From contig NC_042999.1 in the NCBI RefSeq assembly GCF_006345805.1, positions 70,494,001 through 70,558,000 of the forward strand: a stretch of DNA of 64,000 nt. Direction: 5' to 3'. A program made the translations under genes and the position numbers. Shown piece by piece: positions 26,512-38,120 of this stretch. The notes under the pieces are model-generated. The model was not told where the DNA came from. It was given only the letters and a program-made list of their open reading frames with translations, and searched no databases. This DNA is from Octopus sinensis. Lineage: Eukaryota. Position 1 is the stretch's first letter; every line of letters starts with the position of its first letter.

Positions 26512-27915
26512 GTTGGAATTTACAAAAAAACAAAAACAAAGCAAGAGATGAAGATGGGTGTGTAAACAACAATCAGATGTATTAGTTTACCACTCAGGAA
26601 GTGAGAAAGTCTTTTATGTTTTGAGCCTATGCTCTTCAACAGAAAGGAACACAAAAATAAACAGAGAGAGAAAATAAAAAAGGTTTAATGGCTAGTGATT
26701 AATCAGGGCGAAGGCCGGACAGAAGTGGTCAAACAGGAGAGCTAGGAAGGAGGGGAGATAAAAAAATAGTAGTGGTGATCCCAAAATGAAGGTGCACATG
26801 CGTGTGTAGGTGAGGGCATGTATGTGTGTATGGATAGGGGCTAGTGACCTTGATGTGTGCATGTGTATGTGTGTGGATGATAGTGTGGGTGCTAGTGCAT
26901 GCGGGGTGATGTGATGTGGTGTGGTGTGGTGTGGTATGGTGTTGTGTGGTGTGGTGGTGTGTGGTGTGGTGGTGTTGGAGTGTGGGGGAGACGAGTGGAG
27001 GGAAGCAAGGGTGGGTATGTGGGAGTGGGATGTGAGGGTGGGGTGGGGTATGTGGCAGTGGGATGGGGTGGAGGTGGGATGGGAATGTGTAGGGGTAGGG
27101 TAATGATGGAGTGCGTGATGATGAAGGGAGAGGGTGGAAGGGAGAAGGTGTGTAGGAGTGAAGAGAGGAAGTAGGTGTCAGAACAAGAGAGGAGAGGTGG
27201 GAGGGAGTGAAGGGAGGAAATAGGTGTAAGAGGAAGAGAGGTGAGAGGAGGGGGTTAGATGAAGAGGGGAGGAGAGTTGAGCCCATGAGGCGCAAAGGAG
27301 CAAAGAGAGAAGATTAATTTTGTGGGCTCATTTGAAGGAGGGAAGGGGTCAGTTAGGGAAGATATGCGAAGTGGAGGGGTTAGACTGGAGTCACCAGAAG
27401 GCTTGGAGAATGGTGCGTTGGAGAGATAGGGTGGAGGGGTGGTGGGTGAGGAAAAACAAGAGACAGGTGACGGCAGGGTGGGTGTGAGGAGAGAGAACAG
27501 ATACACGGTCCATGGAACGTGCTCTGGCAAGGGTAGTGTGGATAGTGGTGAGGGGATATCCACGTAGGATGAAGTGGCGAGTTGAGACTGAGTCTTGGTT
27601 ATCACTGCAGAGCCTGCACAGACGGAGGAATTGGGAATAGGGGATAGAGAGCTTGGTGTGTTTATGGTGGGAGGAGGAGAAGTTGAGGTAGGAGTGTGAG
27701 TCTGTGTGTTTGTAGTCGATGGAGGTGGTGAAAGTGGAGTGATGATGCTGACTGAAATGTCGAGAAAGGGAACGGAAATGTCGGAAATAGTGCAGAAGTG
27801 GAAGGCAGGATGGAAAGATTGGACAAAAGAGAGGAAGGAGTATAGTTCAGGAGTGGGACCAGTGAAACTTGAGAATATTTGGGTCTCAATGTAGCCAACA
27901 AACAGGTTCACATAT
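26512..27915 (-). mobile_element. Decayed Penelope-like element: RT C-terminal region plus 3' pseudo-LTR
   Basis: ORF 27255-27911 NLFVGYIETQIFSSFTGPTPELY...SFHPAFHF...VPFLDISVSI; the shifted frame continues YKHTDSHSYLNFSSSHHKHTKLSIPYSQFLRLCRLCS; the 26512-26730 end recurs at 41262-41420 and 41640-41800. Confidence 0.85.
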
Positions 27916-28119
27916 CTATGTATTTTTGTGTTTGTGCTTGCCTCCCCACCACCACCACTTGATAACTGGTGTTGTTTTGTTTATGTCTATGTAACTTGGT
28001 GGCTCAGCAAAGAGACAAAGAGGAGAAGTATCAGGCTTAGGAAGAAAGAAAAGGAGAATACTGGGTTTGATTGGTTTGGCTACAACCCTCCAAGGCCATG
28101 CCCTAGCATTGTCACAGTC

Positions 28120-28330
28120 TAATCCTTTCTACTATAGGCACAAGGCCTGGATTTTTGTGGGAAGGGTGACAATCGATCACATCGACACCAGTACTTGACT
28201 GGTACTTAATTTATCGACCCCAAAAGGATGAAAGGCAAAGTTGACCTTGGTGAAATTTGAACTCAGAATGTAGCAGCAGACAAAATACCGCTAAGCATTC
28301 CACTTGGTATGCTAACAATTCTGCCAGCTC
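28120..28330 (-). mobile_element. SINE with Meta-domain-like core
   Basis: Reverse complement of the 21785/39906 family, including TTTGCCTTTCATCCTTTTGGGGTCGATAAATTAAGTACCAG. Confidence 0.85.
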
Positions 28331-29574
28331 TCAACTTAATGAAACAAGTAAGAGATAAAAGATGAAAAAATAAGTATGTGTGTATGTCTTTGATATAACT
28401 TTAAACTGCATCCAGTAGTGGAGCTCTTTTCTTGATAGTTTCAAGGTTTTGAGGAGTGTGGAACCACCTCATAACCACTGCCATTCCCAGGTCTGCTTTG
28501 ACCTGGTGAAGTAGTACCTCTTGGGGATCCCAGGTATGGGTTAACTAGCATATGTGATGACAATCCATCTGAGTGTTGGGACACAGAAGTAACTTTGGTT
28601 GGTGTCAGGGCATGCAATAAAACTACCGAGAGTGAGGGTTCCCTAGATTTTGTCACAGCATCCTTCTAGGAGAGAAACACTCTGTCATAAAACCTGTGGT
28701 TTCACATGATTACTAGTTATTACACTTTGACCTGTCACCACTAGCAGGGTGGTCTGCCCCGAGTGGCACTTTTATGGAGGAAGCACCACTTTTGGGTCTG
28801 CTGTAGGCAATATGTATTTTTTGTTGGGGCCCAAGGGCAGCAAACTGAAGGATCACCCAGGGCAACACACACGCTAGCTACACTAGTGCACCAGGCACTA
28901 ATAACAGAAACTCAGAGAGAGGTATTTGAATTGTATAAGCATTTATCACTCTAATACAGTGAGGTAAAGTTATGTCTTTGTGGTGACTTCATTTGTCATC
29001 CATTTACTGAAAGTCCTATAGCAATAGAGAAGTAGCAATTTGTGCAGACCTGATCAGTTTGGAAGTGCACAGTAAGTTACAACTTTCATCTGTCTCCTAC
29101 ACTCAGAACTATGTACATCTGCAATGGGACAAAATAGCCAGCTGAGAGCTCATGGACAGAAAGTTAGAAATGCTCTTGATAACAAAGAAGCACAAAGGGA
29201 CAGCAGCCCTCTGCGAAAATGGGGCAATGTGTGTGTGTGTGTGTACACACAAGAATGAATTGGTAGCATGTAACATGATGCCACTAATTGATTCAGGTGT
29301 TGCTGTGAGAAGACCCTTGCAGCTTTCCTACCTTTCTGCTTGTGGAACATTGTGGTTGTGACAGCTGGGGAGAGACAGGAGTGTATCAGTGCTCAGCTGA
29401 GTAAACTGGAGCAATATGAAGTGTCATGCCTTGCTCAAGAATACAATATGCTACCTAATTAATGACTGAACAATGTACCATAAATGTATAACACACACAC
29501 ACCACACACACACACATGCACGCACACACACGTACACACACGTACACACACATACACACATAACTATGTATATA

Positions 29575-30817
29575 TATACAGAATGTGTCAGCTACATGAG
29601 AACAAAATTTTAATTTAAGGAAAACAAAAATATTTATTACAAAAACCAACATATTTTTTATAGAATAGAATTGAAATGCATATTCTTATATACTCATAAG
29701 AAAAGACTATTCAATAAAGTTCTCATCAGCCTCGATTATTGTCTTGATACAGCTTCTGAAGCAACTAAATTTGTAATCAGCTAATCTTTATTCATATTGG
29801 ACATAACATCTTCAATAGAGGACACAAACAAGTCCTTAGTACTATGGGAATACTTGTTAGTCCCCCTCTCAATAATGCTCCAGATGTATTAGTCCAGGTG
29901 GTTTAAATTAGGAGAGTTAGGAGGTTAAATGTTAGGGGTAACATGATCATAAAAATTTTCTGTTATTCATTCCTGGTTCATGTTGGCTGTATGAGAGGGA
30001 GTAGAGTTTTGCTGAAACATGTACAGCCTCTCCCAAACATCTGTTTCACTCCAGGGCTTGACAACCCTCTCCATTGTCTTAAAGTAAGCTGTCACATTGA
30101 CCTGAAGACATTGCAGGGAAAAAGCAAAGCGGCATTACAGAGTCTTCATTGCTCATGATCTCCAAGACTAGTGTAGACAATGGGAACTTGGTGTATATAA
30201 CAGTGGGGCTGGTGCAGAGCCATCTGTCATTCTTCCTGTTCACTTTTTGATTTCAGTCAAAGTTCTCATTTGAGAAGAACCAGAGCATGTTGGCTCCTCA
30301 GGTTGCTTGTGTTTATGCAGAAAGTATTAGAACTTGATCACATGGTTCTCCCAGGTTTTATCAACCATGAACTGCTCTTTTCTCATAACATAGGATTTGC
30401 ACCTAATGTCTTCAAGTACCTCATGTCTAATCATTGATTCCAACATGTAGAGATGACTGGTAATGGCCCCTATTGACTTTCCAAGATTTTCATTTATGAT
30501 GCCCTGGACTCACAGAACAAACTTGACTTTTCTGACAACGTCTGACTGTGAAGAATGTGTTTTTCTTTAGGCAAGAGAAGGCTCGTTCTGACCAGAAGCC
30601 GGGAGCTTTTTTCCAATTTTAAACAAGGACATGGCAACATTTAAGAAGGTTGCAATCTTAGAATCATTGTGATTGGCAGCTAAAATGAGGAAAGCAGCAA
30701 GCCTTTTCATTGCCTACATTAGATTTGAAGCTCCCACACTGGGGCTACAGAAAGAGATGTTTAGTCAAAGTTTGATCCACTTATGTTCTTAAAAGTTTTG
30801 TTCTCAAATAGCTGATG

Positions 30818-30901
<84 letters not shown>

Positions 30902-30950
30902 TTATCTATCTATCTGTCTATATATCTATCTCTGTGCCCCACCCTCTCTC
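29575..30950 (-). pseudogene. Near full-length, heavily decayed DD37D (maT-type) transposase element
   Basis: Minus strand reads MKRLAAFLILAANHNDSKIATFLNVAMS (N-terminus) and FQQNSTPSHTA...DHVTPNI*PPNSPNLNHLD (37-residue spacing); many stops; (CT)n/(TATC)n expansion near the 5' end. Termini uncertain. Confidence 0.75.
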
Positions 30951-31799
30951 TATATATATACATATACATGAAAATTGGTTCGGAGGTTTAAAATGCATCT
31001 GAATCTTAAAACAAATTGTAGATGTAAATTTTTTTCCACTGGTAAATAAAATACAAGATAAAAGTTTAAAAGTGTATAGGAGAAAATTCCATAGTGATAA
31101 AATATGTGCAAAACTCAAATGTCATGCAAATACGAATATTCAACAAATTTCACAATAATTGGAAATGATAAAAGTTCAAATATTTGATAAATTTCACAAC
31201 AATAATACATGATTGAGGGTTTCCAGGCAGTAACTGACCAGTACACTAGGCTACTGCTGAACCAAAACAAGTGGTAAATAAATGCTACATTCAGTCAACC
31301 AGCCAGAACAACTAAGCACAGGCAGACTAAAACAAATGGTGCCATTGAGTTAGTAACCAATCAAGACTTGAACCTGTATCTTAAAATCTTCATCTACAAA
31401 GCAATATCAACTTGAAACAGTTCAATTTACAGAACTTGTCAAAAAAATAGTTCTTTTTTTTTTTATTCTTTTATTTGTTTCAGTCATTTGATTGCAGCCT
31501 TGCTGGAGCACCACCTTTAGTCAAATAAATCAACCCCAGGACTTATTCTTTGTAAGCCTAGTACTTATTCTATTGGTCTCTTTGCCAAACCGCTAAGTTG
31601 CAGGGGCGTAAACACACCAACATTGGTTGTCAAGTGATGCTGAGGGGACAAACACAGACACACAAATACACCCCCCCACACACACACACAACAACAGACA
31701 GATACATACACATACATGCCCACATACACACTTACACATGCCTGTGTATATGTAGTGAGGTATTTCCTAAGAATATTTAGTGTATACTCTTCAACAAAA

Positions 31800-32190
31800 A
31801 GGAGTGGCTGTGTGGTAAGTAGCTTGCTTACCAACCACATGGTTCCAGGTTCAGTCCCACTGCATGGCACCTTGGGCAAGTAATATAGCCTTGGGCCAAC
31901 CAAAGCCTTGTGAGTGGATTTGGTAGACGGAAACTTAAAGAAGCCCACTGTATATGTGCATGTGCGTGTATGTGTGTGTCTGTGTTTGTCCCTCCCCACC
32001 AACATTGCTTGACATCTGATGCTGGTGTGTGTATGTCCCCGTAACTTAGCGGTTCCACAGAAAGAGTCTGATAGAATAAGTACTGGGCTTACAAAGAATA
32101 AGTCCTGTGATCGATTTGCTCAACTAAAAGGTGCTGCTCCTGCATGGCCACAGTTAAATGATTGAAACAAGTAAAATAATAAAAGAATAA
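31800..32190 (+). mobile_element. tRNA-derived CORE-like SINE, near complete
   Basis: GGCTGTGTGGTAAGTAGCTTGC...GGTTCAGTCCCACTGCATGGCACCTTGGGCAAGT (CORE-like box), internal CA/TA tract, 3' GCATGGCCACAGTTAAATGATTGAAACAAG. Other copies ~4890-5100(-), 7030-7190(-), 14790-14960(-), 15450-15620(-), 25450-25800, 31470-31650(-), 37815-37940(-), 51970-52140(-), 62600-62750(-). Confidence 0.85.
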
Positions 32191-33076
32191 AAGAATAAGA
32201 GAGATGGCTAGCCTATCATCACTCTATAAAACCATGATTACTGTACTGAATTTTATGCATAGTACATATACTATGCATAAACCAATGAAATTGCATATGC
32301 CTGCACTAACAAATAACTTCACACTGATTTTTGAGCTCAGGGAGAAGCCTCCTTGAAGATCAGAATTTTTGTTGCATGCCTAAGAACTTCTGTTTAAATG
32401 TCTAGGGTGCTAAAGAATAGGGGTTAAGAAATCAGACACTGAAAATCACTTATATCAAACTGGGAGAACATAGAGCTTGGTGTCATGTGCTGTAACAGTG
32501 TAGCGCTACATCCTCCATTTCTTGGTGATTTCCTACTACTCCTGGCAGATGACACTTCTGCACCAATCAATCAACAACCCTCCATCCCATGGATCTATTT
32601 GGGTACTCATTGCTGGTGAAGATTTTACCAGGTCAGAGTACAAATCTTACATCAGCCTCTTTTAGTCACCTTTTATGACACACAGAGGAAATAGGTCTAC
32701 TTTTTGACATGTCAGTCCCCACAGAGCATATAGAGTGATGTTTACTATTAATGTTTTAAAATAGATGGTATGTTCATCCATTGATGAAGTCTGGTTACCT
32801 TTCTAATGCTATTGTTAAGCTTATTTTAGATTTTCATGCTGATCAGTCCTATCTCTTTTGTTGGGTTAATAAGCCTTCAGTTTTTTTTATATTTGTAGTC
32901 AGAGCTTGTTGTTCTCATACTGAGCTAGACATAGCAACCTATTTTCTAATTTCACTTTCTAGACTATGTTTCAGCTTCCATATTTATACTGACAGACTTA
33001 CTATAATTGTTATTAATGATACTAATTAGCTATATATATATGTATATGTGTGTGTGTGAGAGTGTATATATGTATG

Positions 33077-33122
<46 letters not shown>

Positions 33123-33159
33123 AATAAAAAATGGAGTCAACGCAGGTTTAAACAAGTAT

Positions 33160-33256
33160 TTTTTCTTTCTACATATGTTTCAAAAATTCCACTGATACTT
33201 ATTCAAAAGAATAAAAGGTATAAACAATGCAATCTTCTCTTCGGGAAAGTGAAAAA
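33160..33256 (-). ncRNA. Type I hammerhead ribozyme motif (U4-to-C core variant, long stem II)
   Basis: Minus strand CUUUC-CCGAAGA-GAAGAUU...AAUUUUU-GAAA-CAUAUG-UA-GAAAG: stem I CUUUC/GAAAG, core C3 C4 G5 A6 A7 G8 A9, stem II GAAGAUU/AAUUUUU extended by CAUUG/CAGUG, AUAC/GUAU, UUAUUC/GAAUAA, palindromic stem III ACAUAUGU, GUA cleavage triplet (cut between 33170 and 33169). Confidence 0.7.
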
Positions 33257-33449
33257 ACGAAACTTGTCAATACGACATTTTAGCAAAAAATGATGGATTC
33301 GTATAGCGATAGACAGAACGCTATTAATATTGTTTAAAAAAACGTTATATGATATAACGTCATAAGTAGCTAACAGAAAGAGTAGGGATATTAATAGTGA
33401 ATGTTAAATATAAGGAAATTAAAGTCTAAACTATATATAATGATAGAGA

Positions 33450-34088
33450 CTACTTATATGCACTAAAAGTATGCTTTTGCCAATGCTTACATCTGTATGC
33501 TCGTTCTATAACCGTGTTTACTAGAGTATTTTTAGAAAAAATAATGAAAAATAGCTCAGAATTGCAGAGAAGACAGAATTTCTTGCCTTTGTCATATGGT
33601 ATCGAAATTGAGAGGATCAACCATTCCAAATGAAATTGTTCATTGTGGTCTTTTAAATTCCAAATCAGTTTGCTGAGACCGGTACTATTCCGTTTATTTC
33701 TATCTCTAAATGTTGAGTAATGGATAGAAATTCTCTTAGATAACTCTAACGATGTGCTTCCAATGTAAAATCGTACTTTATTACGAGTACTGATTATACA
33801 CTGGTATATAGAATTTTTAATCTTAGAGTTACTTGACATAAATTTAATTCTATTGGGATTGACTTCAGATACAATAACCTTGTTATTAATATTTCTAGAG
33901 GGTTGGATGGTAGTAGCTAAATTAATGTTAGTATTAGTAAATGTATTAATATTTAACAGTTTGTTATTATGAGAAGATATAATTTGCAAGAGATTTTTTG
34001 TGTTTGAAAAACCTATCCTAACCTTATGTGAATTAATTATTAATTTATTCCTATTATTCAAATATTCAACGTAAACACGAAGTTTCAA
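33450..34088 (-). CDS. GIY-YIG endonuclease ORF (212 aa) of PLE origin, uninterrupted
   Basis: SIYQCIISTRNKVRFYIGSTSLELSKRISIHYSTF (GIY/YIG, Arg, His), TGLSKLIWNLK, EWLIL, CLLCNSE (Glu), LVNTVIE (Asn), CKHWQKH; starts at TTG after an in-frame TAA, so may be 5'-truncated. Confidence 0.85.
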   Translation of the reverse strand: MKLRVYVEYLNNRNKLIINSHKVRIGFSNTKNLLQIISSHNNKLLNINTFTNTNINLATTIQPSRNINNKVIVSEVNPNRIKFMSSNSKIKNSIYQCIISTRNKVRFYIGSTSLELSKRISIHYSTFRDRNKRNSTGLSKLIWNLKDHNEQFHLEWLILSISIPYDKGKKFCLLCNSELFFIIFSKNTLVNTVIERAYRCKHWQKHTFSAYK

Positions 34089-34197
34089 CCTTTATAAACA
34101 AGGAGTTACAACATCTTTACTTGTGAGATTTTGCTGCCCTGGTAACTATTCATTCATTTATCTGTGTTAATTGTTAACAAGGTAAAATACACTCATC

Positions 34198-34230
<33 letters not shown>

Positions 34231-35759
34231 GTATATGTATGAGATATTTTCTACTTGATATACATTTTTGGCATTAACAGAGGTATAAACTAAATATATC
34301 TGGAATATAATATTATATATATTATATATATCATCATCATCATCATCGTTTAACGTCCGTTTTTCCATGCTAGCATGGGTTGGACGGATAGCATGGGTTA
34401 TGCAAATATATAGATATATAGTTATTAGATATATATGTGTGTGTGTGGACGTATATGCATATGTGTGTGAAAGTCAGAATCTATGTATACATGTATATAT
34501 GTGCAGGAATGCATGCATACCTACTCACTTGCATATATGCATACACATACACGCATAAAGGCAAACGTACATACATACATACATACATACAAACATACAT
34601 ACATACACATGCATACATATATGTATATATATATACACACATACATACATGCATGTATGCATGCATGCATGCATACATACATACATACATACATACATAC
34701 ATACATACATACATACATACATACATACTACATACATGCATGCATGCATGCATGCATAAAAACATACATATATGCATACATACCTAGGGAATAGTAGATC
34801 TACTGGTATTTGTAACCAGTACTAAATTTCTAAATAAATTAAAACTTACTAGATACTTAAAACTGTCATAATTATCTGTCATAATTTGCCCAACTTCACT
34901 GTGGACAGGTAAAAAGGGATCAATTGGACATTATCATTTATGTAATCAGCTATTGATTACCCTTCATTAACTACCACTGAAAAATTGTATCTAAAGTCAC
35001 TATTAAAATAATTCAGGTAGATTGATTTAAATATTTGACTATTTTTAGCTGTAGGCTCTGTTATATAAATTACTGACGTGTCAACAACATTCATATTTCA
35101 TACTGTCACTGCATCCATAAATTATTTAAAATTTACTTGATACATAAATTATTTAAAATATACTCAATACTCATAAAACTGCTCCATGGACAGGAAAAAG
35201 TTTAGTTATAAGTATAACCAGTGTGCATTAGACTTACTATAAAACTGTATTTAAAGTGTAGCTTTAAAGTATAAAACAGTATTTAAAGTGTAGCTTTAAA
35301 TACAGTATTAGGGTAGGAGTTAATAGTGAAACTAATTGCTGATGAAGGCATAATAATACTAAAAAAGACAGCATCACATCAATCCATCTTTCCCTTTCAA
35401 AAATAAGGTTGTATAAATATGACAAACATTTACAAATGTATCTGGTAAATTTTAATTTTTCAATTAGCAAATTTTAATTTACAAATGCAGTGAAGAGAGA
35501 GATAAGTTATATTAAATCTCTGAGCGAGAGATAAACAGTAACAATACAGAATCATAAAATATATTTGCCAACTAAACATGGTGGTCTTATAGAGGATGAT
35601 GTTACTGTTGTTTTTAGTCCCAGGAAGACATCTCTTCCAGCTGGCCAATGACACACAGCCTGTGTCCATTTAGTATTTGTGAGGGAGGTCATTGCTCTCA
35701 TCACTAGGTCACCACTAGCCAGTGATTAACACACAGTGAAGATGGGTAATTACCCAGAA

Positions 35760-36060
35760 ATTCGGGTCTGTGATGTGGGTGATATCTTCAGTGTAAACTC
35801 CACAAAGTCTGCATTGGTTGTCACATTTTACAGCTTTTCCTGCATCTATCCCTTTTGTGCATCAGGTACTTGGTTGATATTTCCTGTTCCTGGATTGCAA
35901 ACGCATACCCTTCAAAGTGGGAGGTAATAATCTGGCTATTCGTCCATGATAAACTGCTTTGATGATCTCTGTTACTATCATCACGGAGTTTTCTACTAAC
36001 ACATCCATGCATAGCCTTCTGCACATATAGGCTCATCCTTTCATCTGATATGTTGCAGTA
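35760..36060 (-). mobile_element. R4/Dong-like LINE fragment (pre-RLE zinc-knuckle region)
   Basis: DHQSSLSWTNSQIITSHFEGYAFAIQEQEISTKYL (ORF 35821-36036), then in a shifted frame CDNQCRLCGVYTEDITHI (CCHC-knuckle start). Confidence 0.75.
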
Positions 36061-37553
36061 GAGTTCTGACTTCTTTGGGCATGTATTCTAGGTTATCAGT
36101 GAAAGAGTGTTGCTCAAGGAGCTGCCTTCCAAGTCTATTTTTCTCTTTCTCTCTCACTCTGACTGTCTCTCTATTCTTCCCTTTAACTTTCTCCCTTCTT
36201 CCTTCTCCTTTCTTGTCCTACTGGGGTAGCCAAGTATCTCCTCTATAGTAAAACAACTATCTTTGTCTCTCTATTATATTCTAGCCTCTTACCTAGCACA
36301 CAGTCTCATCCTTCAGTTCCACTCCCTTTCTCAACTAAGAGGTCCTGCAAGCTACTGGGTGACTCTGCTGGTGCTGGCACCACATAAAAAGCACCTGCAC
36401 CAATGCCAAATAAAAAGTACCAGTGCCAGTACAACATAAAAAGCACCTGTGCTGGTACCACATAAAAAGCACTTGTGCCGGTGCCATGTAAAAAGCACCC
36501 AGTACACTCTGTAAAGTGGTTGGCATTGGGAAGAGAATCCAGCCATAGAAACTATGTCAAAGCAGTCAGTTGGAGCCTGGTACAGCTCTCCTGCTATCCA
36601 GCTCCTATCAAACCAACTAATCCATGCCAGTATGGAAAACAGACATTAAAGCAGTGGTTCCCAACAGTGATTTTCAACCCTTTTATTTAAATGAATTTCC
36701 CCAGAGACCCTTTGGAATGTGCTTATTCTTATGTGTTTCTATATATCTTATACATATACATATAGTCAAAATAAGCAACAATGATATCCAGAGGTAATGC
36801 AGTACGATCGTTTCATGCGACTCCATTTAATTGAACAATGCAAATATTACATCAATTTTTAAAATGTAGAGCAATCTTCAGCTGCATAAAAATATAGAAT
36901 TTAGTTAAATTCGAAGGATTCATTTGTATAGTTTTCTTATTATCCAAAATCACAAAAAGCATAGGTAGATAGACATTTTGAATTATATGGATAATAGCAT
37001 ACTAAATTCTGATGCCTTTAACTTAAGTACCTTATTCAACTGAATCTGAATTTTACGGACCTCAGGCTAGGAACTATTGCATTAAAGGAAGATAATTAGG
37101 GGGAGCAGGAGGAGGAGGATGATATATGTATAGAACTTTTAGTTTCTGTTGTTTTTCAGACATTAGACTATGACCATAATGAGGAATCTTTGAAGAATTT
37201 TAGGCAAACAAATCAACCTCAATACTTTTTTTTAGCTTGGTACTTACTCTATCAGTGTCTTGGTATGTTTACAGGAATGTAAACATACAAACACTGGTTG
37301 TCAAGTTGTGGTGGGGACAACAACAGACAAAAACGAAGCACATACACACACATATACACACATAAAGAGGCCTGTTGTGTATAATTTACATATTCTTTTA
37401 CTATTTTTTTTCTTTAACTCATTTCAGCCATGCAGCTGCAGTCATATATATATATATATATATATATATAAAGAAGCCCATTGTTTATATATACATACAG
37501 ATATATATATATGTGTGTGTGTATGTGTGTGTGTGTGTGTGTGTATGTATATA

Positions 37554-37606
<53 letters not shown>

Positions 37607-37629
37607 GTATATCTATATATGTATATATA

Positions 37630-37681
<52 letters not shown>

Positions 37682-37693
37682 ATATATATATAT

Positions 37694-37747
<54 letters not shown>

Positions 37748-37749
37748 CT

Positions 37750-37814
<65 letters not shown>

Positions 37815-38035
37815 CAATTGACTGCTTTCAGTTTCCATCTACCAAATCCAGTCCAAAAACTTTGGACAGCTGGTGGCTATAATAGAGGACACTAGGACAC
37901 TATTCTGAACCCAGAACCATGTGACTAGGAGCAAACGGCTTTCACATAGATACATACATATAGGCATGCACACACACACACACACACGCACACACACACA
38001 CACACACACAACACACACACACACACACACACACA

Positions 38036-38067
<32 letters not shown>

Positions 38068-38120
38068 CATACATACATACATACATACATACATACACTG
38101 ACATATATATGTATATATAT

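Larger units (their letters stand above)
33121..34196 (-). mobile_element. Young PLE-derived insertion (Naiad-like), GIY-YIG plus 3' pseudo-LTR, no RT
   Basis: Flanked on both sides by pure TA tracts; retains many CpGs; carries the ORF and ribozyme listed below. Confidence 0.85.

Noticed and set aside
26729-27295. Pro/His/Thr-rich 188-aa ORF
   Set aside because: Translation of (GTGGT)n and GA/GT low-complexity sequence in the 3' region of the PLE relic.
33450-34088. Selenocysteine recoding as reported for some Naiad PLEs
   Set aside because: No in-frame TGA in the ORF; the upstream stop is TAA; no SECIS identified.
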